Assembly (NCBI GenBank): GCA_049999805.1
Contig: JBNGIO010006162.1
Location: forward strand, 1-54,524
Direction of reading: 5' to 3'
DNA length: 54,524 nucleotides
Source of the DNA: Folioceros fuciformis
Lineage: Eukaryota
Part shown: piece by piece, positions 20,897-32,332 of the stretch
How positions within the stretch are numbered: position 1 is the first letter of the stretch
Layout of the letters: the number at the start of each line of letters is the position of its first letter
Notes under the pieces: generated by a model
What the model was told of the DNA's origin: nothing
Seen by the model: the letters and a program-made list of their open reading frames with translations, nothing else
Database searches by the model: none
Position numbers and translations under genes: made by a program

Positions 20897-23459
20897 GGCG
20901 TCTGCTCCTCTTCCTCCTGCTCCTGCTCCAGCTACCGCTGCTGCAGCAGGAGCTCTGGACTGATGGGAATCCGAGTCTCCCGTTTCTTGCTCAGCGTCTT
21001 CCCGCATTGTGTTTCTCATTAATGGCCTTGAAGTTGGAGCTGGCGATGTAGGTCGTTGCATAACCCCGCACCCCAGCACGTTCTTCTTGCATCTTGGCTC
21101 TCTCCGCACATGTTGGCCCTCGAGCTGTCAACTGCCGGGCTGCCATGGCCATGGAAAGCGACACTTTTAGCATCCCCGTATTGGCATTCATTTCTCTGCA
21201 TTTCTCCCATTTACTGCAAATCTTTGACTTGAAGTTACAAATGACAACAGTGCCAAAATCTCGGGCGGGCAACAGTTGGCACTCGGCAATCCCCCATTCT
21301 TGCCCGGCCAAGTTTTGCTCGAGGTGGAAATTGGATTTCTTTATTATATCCTGGCACTAGGTTCTTGATCCACAACGGCTGGTGGCATGGGACTGGCTGC
21401 CTCCTCGAATCTATGCATGTCGAGCCGATGCAATGCGTGCTGCATCTTCTTGGATGTTATACGAGCAGCCCTGCTTCGTTTGGGAGTAGAAGGCCATCCC
21501 TCATGTCCCGTCATTCCCCTCTGCCAGGCGGATGCGATTTCCAAGATGAGACGTCTCAGGGCAAGTCGATTAGGCAGTGAGTGTACACAGGGTGGAACTC
21601 GACACCATCTTTGTCCCTTTCAGACTCTTGGAATCCCGTTCTTACGAAAAAGTGAGGTTCGAGTCTACCATGTCTGCTCCCACAGTGGAGCCCCAGCGTT
21701 GCGGAAAATGTCCTGGTTGGATGTCGTCCCCCACTGCGGGAGAACTCGTCGAGGATTAACGTGCCGCGACGCCGCTAACATACCTCTTGATCGGCAGGAT
21801 CTGGCCTCTCATCTCCGCCGTTTGTGGCTTCCAAGCAAATCACGTCAATCTGAATCCACCAGAACATTCTTCTCATACTGCGCATTAGGTGATCGCAAAT
21901 GTCTCCGGATGTTACAACACACGATATGGAGAAACCTTGGCCAATACCGCCTGCCTCGGACTCCATATGACAAGACGAGGTAAGAACAACCTCATCCCGG
22001 TCCTGGTTGCCCTACAGGGACGTACGCTAAACCCTAATCCCAGCCCGCAACAGCAGAGCTCGGAGCGTACTCTCGAAAGACGGGGCCGACGCGAGGCTCA
22101 CAGCTGTGCAGGTACTTTAGAGCTCCCTCTCCCTTCCTTGGTCTGGTCTGCAAAACGAACTCCAGTCTGGATGGGACTTAAGGGCATCAATGTACAGTGC
22201 TTGCCCTCTGCGAAAATCGGAGCCACAGGGTACGGGGGGCATGTTTGTCTGCAGAGTGCAGGAATGGTATACTGTATCCCTGCCGAAGTTACCAGAGGAG
22301 ACCGCCAAGCTGCCAGAGAAGACATCGGTTGCAGTAACATTAACGAGCCACGAGAAGGAGGCGCGACATGAATACGTTGCGTGAGGAGGCAATCTGTGCG
22401 TTGCATGCAGAGCAGCAGAAGAATCTATATTTACGTCAGCCAATGCGTTGGTGCACATCTGCTTCCCTCAAAGATAGCGACACGTTCGTCTACCTCTGCT
22501 CTCCTGTTTTCCCCCTCATCACTATCCGCATCCTACCTTTTGCTGCCAGATCACCGCAGCGCCAAGGCTGCAGTGTGCCAGTAAAGAAAAGGAGCCAATC
22601 TTGTGCTTTGAGGAGCTCATCGTCTGTTTCCAGACAATATTATAATCTGTGTGCCATATATGGTTCAGCTCAATGCGGCGCCAGCGCAGTTTCAATGGAG
22701 AAAATGGTTCAGCTCAATGAGGCGCCTGCACAGTTTTCATTGGAGAGTATGAGGACCGCCGCGTCGTCGAGCATGGATCATTATTTTGGTATTTTTATAC
22801 TTTTTAGAACTCTGAAATTTGGCTCCAAAATCTTCTACGTCTCTTTCAATCGGCTACCGCAACATTCCAGCCCTCGTGTCTTTTACTTCAACTCTGGCCT
22901 CCTATCTTGTTGTCCAGATCTCAGTTCTGCTAATGCATCCCTTGTTTCTTCCTTTCTTATGGCACTTAAACATCCCTTGTTTTTTCCTTTCTTATGGCAC
23001 TTAAAGCGTCCTACACTTGACTCCTTGCTCACCATTCGGAAGCATTTCCAGTGCGCCATGTCTGCAGACTATACACTCTGCTTGATGTTCTTCTCTCCAA
23101 TGGACTATTCGAGAGAAGACCAGAAGAAGAAGCTACTCACCTAGCTTTAAGATAGGAGTTGCAGCAGAAAGTTTGGGTAGCAACTTTGAGGTTTCACAAA
23201 CCTGAAAATGAAAGCTCAAAGTTCCTATCTAGAAGAGAAGAGGCAAGAGTCCTTCGCAAGGATGAGTCTGTTTGTTTGTGTTGGACAAAAGAGACGGGAT
23301 TTTGGGATCTCACTTTGGTAATGTGGAGAGACACGGGCAGTTCAATCACAAGCAAACAACTTCGTGCAAGTTCAAGACCCCTCTCTTCCAAAAGAAGTTG
23401 TTATGAATATATAAGTTGAGGCCTCCGCAAGGAAGGAAGCATGTGCATATAGAAAGCAT

Positions 23460-23469
23460 GAACAAGAAG
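23460..23469 (-). promoter_or_regulatory. CTTC/MYCS-type mycorrhiza cis-element candidate upstream of the RAM1-like gene
   Basis: Plus strand GAACAAGAAG reads CTTCTTGTTC on the minus strand, ~840 bp before the ATG at 24309. Confidence 0.35.
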
Positions 23470-24308
23470 TAACAAAACCAGCACAAGGAGGGGAGAAGGA
23501 GCCCCCCCTAGTTGCCGTCTGGAGGTTTGGCGAGAGTGGACAGACGACGATCGAGCAGTGGACAGGATGTTTTCGGAAAAGGATGTGGAGAAGGCCTGGA
23601 GGTAGGCCCGGTGGCCTGGTAGGCATGAGAATGGAGGAAGCTCTAGCGAGAGACGGTGAACACATATCTATGCACTGTACGTAGTGCACGTGTGCAGGGC
23701 AGCATCTGCTGGAGGTGTGACGACAAATTCAAGCGCCAGGGCCCTCGTCTGGCGGTCCACAAGTGCACCAGGGCCGCAACGGAACCACGGCTGAGGTCCA
23801 CCCCACCCCGTCGCATTCACACTCCAGAATCTCACACCTCGTCGTGTTTCGCCACGTGGACACTAAGCCGGGAACTTGCCCTTTCGCTTGACTTGCCGGT
23901 TTTGCCTTGCCCGGCCGAGCGAGCGACTCGCTCGCCTTCGACTTCCTCCAGCCACTTGCACAATCTTTGTCTGCAAGGCGCATGTCTGGCCTTGATGCTG
24001 GCCGGGAGCGGGTAGGTGACGGATTCTCCTCTTTCTGTGCGTGAGATTTGAGCTTCTGCCGGAAGGAATCGAGCTTGTGAAGGCTACAAGCCTCTCTGAG
24101 GCCTCTTGCCGGGCAGCGCTGCGCTGTGACGCCGGGCCGAATTGAATGCAGCAGCGGCAGGCCACGGTCTATGTCAGGCGGTGTCATGGTGTGGTGTAGG
24201 CGGCAGGAGGAATGCTCACTTCCCTGCTCCACTGTGCCGGACCTCGCCAGGAGCAAGCTGAAAGGCTAGAGCGTGTGAAGAGGAAGCCTCATCCTCTCAG
24301 ACTGGAGA

Positions 24309-27300
24309 ATGCAGGACTCCACGTGCGGGAGCTTAGCCCCTGCGAAGAAGGTCCCGGGAGTGGTGCGCCGGAGCTGCGGCTCGTTTGAGGATGTGCCGGA
24401 CGCTCTGACCTCTAGTAAGGCGGCTTGGAACGGGAGCAGCAGCGGGTCGGACCTGGCGGAATCGGACGTCATGCTGTTGGACGACGGCTTGGAAGGCTCC
24501 AGTCTGTCGCGCTGGATCGAGGAGTTGATTCATGAGCCGGCAGGGGAGCCCGCGGAGCCGGGACCGGTATTGGACATCGAGGGGGAGGAATTCACAGGCA
24601 GCCGTTCTGGATTGAATGCGCCGGAGGCTAGTGCAGGAGGCGTGGATGCTGTTGCAGCGGATTTGATCAATGACATTTCTCCTGAAACAGCATCTTCCTC
24701 ATCTGCTTTGGAGGCGGCGTTTGATGGAGACGTGGCACAGCAGTTCATATCTCCTCGGTCCAGTGATCCGATGCCCATTTTCGGGAGTGCGCACGCAGCT
24801 CTGTCCGACATTCTCAAGAGATTAACGCCTCCGGCTCTGAACATCGGCGAATTTCCGCATGCTTTTCCCGAGAGCACCGAATTTGATGTGCTTGAGGCTG
24901 TCAAATCAGGGCTCGGACGAACAAGATCGGCCTCCAGTGCTCTCTTCTCCACACATGTGCAAGAGGACCAAGTGTCCACTTCGTCGCGGAAGCAAATACG
25001 AATACTAGGTGGCCAGCACAAGCAAGTGGAGCCTAGTCTCAGCTCCTATCCTCCTGACAGGACCCTCACTCAGAGCCGGCCAGTTCCTGAAGGCAGGATG
25101 TCTGCTGCTGCTGCTGCGACGTCGGCAAAACTAGCTGGCACCTCTTTTCTTGGTAGTGGAAGTAGGTCAGCCATCCTATCTTCTCTGTCCCCTCCACGCT
25201 CTCCGACGCTCTTCTTTGCCTCGGATCCCATCATGAGTGGTACACTTCTGTCATCCTATGTGCCACCCTCCATAGACTCCATGGCTGAAACAATTGCAGG
25301 ACCTTTCTCCTCTTCTCCCTCCAATCAGCAATTTCAGTTCAGCTCTGGCGCTTTGGACAACCCCGGAATTAGCTCTAAACTCAAGTGGGGATCAGTCTCT
25401 TCAGGTGAGAATCTGAAGGATTTGTCTTGTGAATTTGAATTCGATGTGGCACTTGCAGGCCATCCAAGTCTAGCTGGCAACAACGCAGGTTTCACCTGCA
25501 GTCCACCTGCTTTCAAGCCCTCAAACTTGAGTCCTACCAGTCTCCCTAACGACGGGAAAGCCACCATTTCGGATCCATATGGATGTCAGGTTATCGCCTC
25601 CGTGGACCCCTTCGAACTATCAGGTCTTAGCAAGGTCAAGGTGAGGCTTTGAAGGACTTGCTCCGGTTAGTCGTGGTGACGTGTTCGTTTCACTTTGTTA
25701 AGTGCTAGAGTCTCTGTTTTCTCTTCCATCCAGGACAAGGCTGAACCACAAGCCCAGAACGGGTTGAGAATCATCCAGCTTCTCCTGGAATGCGCTGAAG
25801 CCGTTTCCAATTCTCAGACCTTACTCGCACAAGGGATTCTTCTACAGCTAAAGACAATGGTCTCTCCCAAGGGGGACTCGATGCAACGTGTTGCTGCCTG
25901 CTTCACTGAAGCTCTGCATTGCCGTCTATCCAACACCGGATATCAGTCTTACGCAGCAATTCGTGCCTGTGGCCTAGCCTCAAGCGAAGAGTTGCGGGCT
26001 GCTTACCAAATTCTGTATCAGGCCTGTCCCTACATCAAATTTGCTCACTTCACCTCTAATCAGGTGATATTCCATGCTAACGTGAAGACTTCACCTTTTG
26101 GTCCATGAGATCGCTGTGATCTGACTGACCTCCCGCTACTAACTGCCGAGACTGTTGTATCATTGAAGGCCATATTGGAGGCATTCGATGGGGAGACGAG
26201 AGTCCACATTCTGGACTTGGACATCCTACAAGGTTATCAATGGTCAGCTCTTATGCAAACACTGGCAGCAAGACCAGGAGGTCCTCCAAGCTTGCGGATC
26301 ACAGGTGTTGGAATTCCGTTAGAGTCTGTGCTACAAATTGGTCAGTGGTGCTCGGCTAGGCCGATTTTTTTCCACGTTGCATGTCCCAAGAGATCAACCC
26401 CTCACCTTGAAGGACTTTCATTTACTTTGCAGGAAAACGACTGTCAGAGCTGGCTGACTGGCTACGCATTCCCTTTGTTTTCCATGCTGTTGGCGAACGG
26501 TTGGAGGACGTTAAGGTGCGGCACTTGAACTGGCGGCTGTTTTGTTTCTTTCCTGTGTACACCACAGGCCCAGATGACAAAGCTTAAAAGTACATGATGA
26601 TCCTAGCTGTGCGGTGTTGATGATGGGTGGGCATCCACTCTCAAGTAAACCATACTCCCTATGTACAGGTATACATGATGCAACGCAGGAGCGGAGAAGC
26701 TTTGGCTGTGAATTCAGTGAATCGTCTGCACCAGCTTCTTGGCGACCAGCGCACGGGCAGTCCGCTGATGGAAATGCTACACATGGTGTACGACCAGTCA
26801 CCAAAAGTTGTGACCTTGGTGGAACAAGAAGCAGCTCACAATGGGCAGGCTTTCTTGAGCCGGTTCTTGGAGGCACTGCATTACTACTCCGCAATTTTTG
26901 ACTCCTTGGATGCAACTCTTCCCAGGGTAATCATGCGAGATGCTTGAATTGAAGAACTTACTTTCAAGTCCGGCTCTCTTTCCCATTTTATAGCTAGCTG
27001 ACATAATTTGAGCTGTGTTGAAATCTCTTTGTTCGCCGTATCTTCCCACAGGCGAACCCGGAGAGAGCAAAAGTGGAGCAGGTTATATTTGCTCGAGAGA
27101 TCACAAATATCATTGCCTGTGAGGGAAATGAGCGCGTGGAGAGACATGAGAAGTTCGAGCGATGGAAAAGAATCATGGAAAGCCTTGGATTCAAGGGTAC
27201 CTCCATGAGTGCCAAGTGCTTTGACCAAGCAAGGGTTCTACTCGGGTTGTACCCCTGCGACGGATATACCTTGGTGGAAGACAATGGCTGTCTGTTGTTG

Positions 27301-27348
27301 GGCTGGCAAGATAGGCCCGTCATTGGAGCATCTGCTTGGCATTGCTGA
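24309..27348 (+). CDS. RAM1: GRAS transcription factor, RAM1-like, 6 exons, ~823 aa
   Basis: Exons 24309-25640, 25734-26063, 26169-26340, 26433-26515, 26669-26926, 27052-27348. [100 protein letters not shown] and [14 protein letters not shown] closely follow legume RAM1 as recalled. N-terminal MQDSTCGS resembles the MINSxCGS start of RAM1. Confidence 0.88.
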
Positions 27349-28461
27349 TGCCGGCTATCTACCAACAGCGTCACGTGATCCTTCGTGAAGCACGATAAAC
27401 TTCGTGAACGAATCAAGTTGCACGCTGGCTAAGTCTAACATTAATGCAGGAAGGCCATTTAGGATGTGCGTCAGTGCTTCTGGGTGTGACCAAGTTCGGG
27501 ACAACCTTGAGTTTTCTACAGTGCAATTCTGCCTGCTTTCCCGCACCTCATGCTGCCCTCCTTCAGGATGCAAGATCAGGGAGAATAGATGAACCAGAGA
27601 CTACACTCATGCTGAAGGTCTCGCCCCAACACCGGACATGCACATATTCGGGAAGTACCAGAGGCAACAAGAAACGACGAGTGCGAAGGGCTCGGTTCGT
27701 ACAGCCCAAGTTTGCCACTCATGACTGGCTTCGGCAAACGTGGAGGTGGATAGGAAGAAGATTGGGGCGACTGACGAACAGTATCTACTTCTACTAAGGA
27801 CAATTGGTGTCAGTTATCGTGACTGTGATACCCGCAAGCCAACTGGGAACAGTCAGCTCTACGTATGCAGATAGACGTACTAAGGCCGAAAGGGAGCTGC
27901 ACTTGGAGTCACTGAATATAAAAAATACTTGGGATGGAAATTAAATACTCGGTAAACTTACACGGAATCGAAAGGCACAGAGGGGTCACTGCCTACGCAT
28001 GTACAGTACTTCATCGTGAAAATGTCAAGGAATCACAGCTGAAGTTGCGATTCCCTAGAAACCATGCACGTGAGGAGGTGTCAGATCACCGCAATCCATT
28101 TGACAATCCTGGGCCGGACGTCGGAGAAGCTCTCTCCCAGTTCAGTCTTGATAGACATAAGCTCGAACGTCGAACCCTCTGAATTTGCACAAATGTAGCG
28201 GCAAGGAAGAAGGCCCAACGGTCTTCATCCGAGCTGAAGCTTGCGAGAGACGTTGACCTGCAAGCGGAAGTCGTGTTCTTTTCATTCCCATTTGTGGCCA
28301 TAACCCTCCTTGCAAAAACCCACGCACCCTCGGAGGTAAGGTTCTCCTTTGACACATGTTGTCCCTTCCCACTGAGAAAGGGAACCCCTGCCAGAATCGG
28401 TTGAGAAGGACACACCAACCTGTATACAAACCAGTTAGTTGATGACGGAGACTACACAAAA

Positions 28462-28547
28462 GGACACAGAACGAAGGCAGTATATGCTCGTTTCAGCCTT
28501 CATGAGAAATTCAGGTGCACATGCAGGAGCCTTCGTCATCACAGTCC
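28462..28547 (-). ncRNA. Degenerate C/D-box snoRNA copy (snR52/SNORD83-type guide), probably non-functional
   Basis: Minus strand: GGAC-T-GTGATGA...CTGCCTTCGTT-CTGT-GTCC. Box C and the 4-bp terminal stem are intact; the guide has one mismatch and box D is mutated (CTGT). Confidence 0.7.
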
Positions 28548-28828
28548 AATACAGTGGGCCAACACCACACCTGCCTGAGGGTCTCATGGGGACCTCAATC
28601 ACCACCTCACTTGAAGGAACAAGACCAAAAGCTGGATCTCCACGAAGTCCTCGTGCCGTAGGTCCACTCACCTGTACTCCGCTTGAATTGAAGCATCACC
28701 ATCAACACTTGCTGACCTGTAACAGGCTCCGAAGAAGACAACATTACTAGTTTATTACCTAGTTGAGAAAAACACAACACCTTGCGAATAGCACTAGTCG
28801 ATAACGAAGACTATATCCAGATCCTTAA

Positions 28829-28913
28829 GGACTCAGAAGGAAGGCAGTGTGAGTTCGTTCAGCCTTCATGAGGAATTCAGCTGCATATGCCGGAACCTTC
28901 ATCATCACGGTCC
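28829..28913 (-). ncRNA. C/D-box snoRNA predicted to guide 2'-O-methylation of the 18S rRNA A equivalent to yeast Am420 (snR52/SNORD83-like)
   Basis: Minus strand: GGAC-C-GTGATGA (box C, 28908-28902), internal CTGA (D'), guide CTGCCTTCCTT, CTGA (box D, 28836-28833), GTCC. The 11-nt guide is complementary to the conserved 18S AAGGAAGGCAG; the D+5 rule points to the first A of GGAAGG. Confidence 0.88.
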
Positions 28914-29096
28914 AACCCGGTGGCCACATGGTACTGGATCGCAAATGCCTGAACGTCTCAAGCGGACCTCCTTCACCAGTCGGAGAGGGGTCGCTAGAGC
29001 ATGATCAAACACAGAACCTTTGTTGCGCAACGCGACTAGTAGGAACACAACCCAGACTCGGCACGACGTTCAAGCAACCTGGACCGCAGCAGCGTC

Positions 29097-29183
29097 TTGA
29101 CTCAGAAGGAAGGCAGTATTAGTTCAAACGATCTTCATCAGAGGATCAGCTGCAGTTTGCAAGAACCTTCTTCATCACAGAAA
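29097..29183 (-). ncRNA. C/D-box snoRNA with the same 18S guide, diverged paralogue
   Basis: Box C GTGATGA 29178-29172, D' CTGA 29149-29146, C' TGATGA 29140-29135, guide CTGCCTTCCTT 29116-29106, box D CTGA 29105-29102. Confidence 0.88.
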
Positions 29184-30199
29184 AGGCTGGCTGCGAACAA
29201 ATACCTATGACAAACTACAACCAAGGTCGTCATCTCCCGCTACAAAACGACTGGGACGGAACCCTAAACCGACAGAGGCTAATCACTCAGTCAGTGACGC
29301 AGAGGCAACACCCCCGGAGCCAAAAGCAACACCCTTCCATCGTATCTGTGTCACGATCACGCCTTCGTGACCTGAAGTAGCAGCACAGTGAACTTCAGCT
29401 CAGCCCCTTCAAGAGGGACACTCCTCCATGAACTGGACCCGCCTGTCCTCAACTTCAGTGACACTGTCCGCACCTTCAGTCATGGTCTCTGCCGGACTGC
29501 ATCCACTGTCGGCAGCTGTAATGACCGATGGCACAGATGTAACCACGAGGGGCTTTGTGCGGGTGACACTACCCACACCAGCAAAGATAGGAAGCTGCAT
29601 GAGGATCACAATCCTATCTAAGAGCCGCAATCTTCTTGCAATCCCCCATATGCCTGCTCCAACGGAAGATGCAGAAGAAAACAATCACTATCCCGTCCAG
29701 TACTCCACAAGTATGAACTCCAATCAGTGTCCCCCTGGATCGAAGCCCGCCTCCTCGACCCGCAGGTCGCACATCTGTTTTCCCTCTGAAATGATTTTTC
29801 CTATGGTTGAAGAAGGGCCGACGTGTATGGAAAGAGCCGCAAGTTCTCCAATGCGTTTGAAAGTCTTTGTTGGGTTAGCCCTAGGCTCCCCATCTTTCTC
29901 CATCTTATTTTTCTAAAATAAATAAAAACATTTCCATAACCACGGATCCCTATTATGGAATACCAATACAGACGTATTGTCATCCATTAGGTTTTTTTTT
30001 AACCGTATGTTTCATGCAAATATTGTACGGTAAAAAGTTCTTTTTCTTCTATATTGTCACTTGAGTGGACCGATCAAGAATTTCTTTGGGTTTGAGCTTT
30101 TTTTTCTTCTCCATTCACAATGTTTCTATGAAGGGCTTGATTGTGGGTAGAGTGAACCATTGTTTTGGTAGATTCAGTATACATGGAGGAAACCGTGGA

Positions 30200-30660
30200 A
30201 GCGTGATGAGCACCGAACTCAGCCTCTGTTAGTAGTGCAAGCAAGAATGTGGATGAGCACCAAACCCAGCTTCTCTTAGTGGTGGATGAGCACCAAACCC
30301 AGCCTCTCTTAGTGGTGCAAGCAAGCTTGTGGATGAGAACCAAACCCAGCCTTTGTTAGTGGTAAAAGCAAGCCTGTAGATGAGAACCAAACCCAGCCTT
30401 TGTTAGTGGTAAAAGCAAGCATGTGGATGAGCACCGAACCCAGCCTCTGTTAGTGGCGCAGCAAGCTTGTAGATGAGCACTCATCCCAGCCTCTATTAGT
30501 GGCGTAGCAAGCTTGTGGATGAGCACTCATCCCAGCCTCTATTAGTGGCGCAGCAAGCTTGTGGATGAGCACTCATCCCAGCCTCTATTAGTGGCGCAAG
30601 CAAGCTTGTGCATGAGCATTGAACCCACTCTTTGTTAGTGGTGCAAGAAAGCCTATGTAC
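30200..30660. repeat. ~42-bp minisatellite, about 11 copies
   Basis: Recurring GTGGATGAGCACYVAWCCCAGCCTCTRTTAGTGGYGCARGCAAGCTT. Confidence 0.9.
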
Positions 30661-30900
30661 GCATTCATGGACTAAGGCCCCAACTCTGAGATTGAAGGGA
30701 ATCCTAAGCAAGCTTGTGTACACATTTGTGGACAGAGGCCCCAACTCTGAGACTGAAGGGAATTGTGAATCCTAAGCAAGCCTGTGTACGCATTTATGGA
30801 CAGAGGCCCCAACTCTGAGACTGAAGGGAATTGCCAAACCTTTTGAGATTGAAGCAAATTGCGAATCCTTTTGAGATTGAAGAGAATTGTGAATCCTTCC
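30661..30900. repeat. ~61-68-bp tandem repeat, 3 copies plus short derivatives
   Basis: GGCCCCAACTCTGAGAYTGAAGGGAA recurs at ~30676, 30737 and 30805. Confidence 0.85.
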
Positions 30901-31185
30901 TACGCGCTGCGCGCATGCCTTTCCATGTTATACAACCCTAAAATCCTTGAACGAGGATGAGCAATTACATACGAAGTCTTCAGCAAGAGCAGACCAATAC
31001 TCATTCCTCCATTGCACTTTCCGTATTACTAAGTAAGGTAGGTACAGAGAGCGCACCTTGACCCTAAACCATCCATCCCTCTTGTCGCACCTTGTTCCTA
31101 AACCATCCATATCCCTCCTGTATGGTAAGAGAAAAAGAAGTCTTCTCCATCATATGATAGCCAAATCGGGATGCCCTGAAAGCCA

Positions 31186-32332
31186 GTGCCAAGACTTTCT
31201 TCCATTGACCCCCTCGACTTCATCCGCAAATTTGTGGATGCAACTTTGACAGAGGATTTGGCGCACATCGAGGTCCTTCGTCAGCTTGGGGACCCACAGG
31301 TGGCCTACGGCATCCTCTCCACCTGCTTTGCGCGATGCCCCGAGTACCTCATCCACGCTGTGTCTCCATTCCCAGATTTTCTTTCCAAATCGAGGGGCTT
31401 CGCCAAGCAGGTATTTGAAGGAATTAGGGGACATAGTTGGCCCGGGTTTATTCGATTGTACTGCAGGTGATTTGGCTCGGAGACAAGCATCCCAACCCAT
31501 TGCTTTGGTCAGCATTGGGCTACTGGCTATGGAGACCTCTATGCCCACTGCTTTTCTTAGTAATTGGGCGCTCTCTATCCTAGCTTTGGTGACTTGCTTC
31601 TCCATGGGAAACTCCGGCGTTTTAGAGGGGTTTGTCACCAGAGTTGAGGAGGGGTCATTCCCCCTCCAGGTTTCCCTGAGGAGGGTTCGAGATCTCACAA
31701 GCCCGATTGGTCATGCCTTCTTTTCCTCCTTTCTTTGTGGGGGTATAAGGAGGCTTCAAGCCACCCTCATGGAAAAGCATTATGGGCAAGCGCTACAAGC
31801 CCTTATGCTAGATTCCTCCTTTGACAAGCAGGCCTGGGCACACCTTCGATCTTGTTCGGGGAAGGGCGTTGGCTTTTAGCTGTTGGCCCACCCATGCATC
31901 CAAGCTTTTCAAATCGCACCAGCTTCTTTCTCTACTGCGATGAGGTTCCGCCTTGGCTTGGTCCAACCGTTGGCCTGGTCTCTCTCTTCTTGTAGCTGTG
32001 GGGTCCCCCTTGACGACTCCGGGAGCTACCTGGCACGTTGCCCTATCGGCAGGCAGTGCATTGCTACCCATAATGTAGTGAGGGAAGTTATGTTTTCTTT
32101 CGCAAAAGAGGGTGGCTTCTTCCCCTACAAGGAGCGCCCATATACCTTGCTCAACAGCATCTCCCTCATTGCAAAACTTTTCCTGACCAACGAGGATCAG
32201 GTTTCTATAGCAAATGTGGTGGTCACATACTCCACTTGGACAACCATTAGCGAGCACGTCGCTATCAACCCCCTGGGTTGGGTGCTAATAGGAAGCGCGA
32301 CAAGGAAGACTTGCAAGTATAGGCTCATATGA
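31186..32332 (+). mobile_element. Decayed, truncated non-LTR retrotransposon 3' portion (post-RT region, CCHC knuckle, restriction-like endonuclease; CRE-like)
   Basis: Frameshifted ORFs give LGDPQVAYGIL, ARRQASQPIALVSIGL (QAxLP..GGLG-like), AHLRSCSGKG, AMRFRLGL, CSCGVPLDDSGSYLARC...HNVVRE, IANVVVT and KTCKY. Contains stops and frameshifts. Confidence 0.7.

Noticed and set aside
19968-21022. 240-aa alternative-frame and 315-aa antisense ORFs over GFT1
   Set aside because: Explained by the high GC3 codon bias of the real gene.
22368-23144. 258-aa ORF upstream of the RAM1-like gene
   Set aside because: No domain features, and it contains small tandem duplications (~22660-22750, ~22935-23005); probably non-coding.
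23000-24308. CYCLOPS response element (GCCGGC-core palindrome) or P1BS in the RAM1 promoter
   Set aside because: By eye I found only near-matches (CCCGGCC, GCCGGGCC; GCATATAG) and no exact element.
28462-29183. Reading the three repeats as alternative last exons encoding CDDEGSC-like peptides
   Set aside because: Frames are not conserved between copies, whereas box C/D and the rRNA-complementary guide are.
29390-29460. Possible fourth snoRNA (U61-like GTCCCTCT before CTGA, minus strand)
   Set aside because: Only 8 nt match 18S, spacing to box D is off and box C is non-canonical; needs a covariance-model search.
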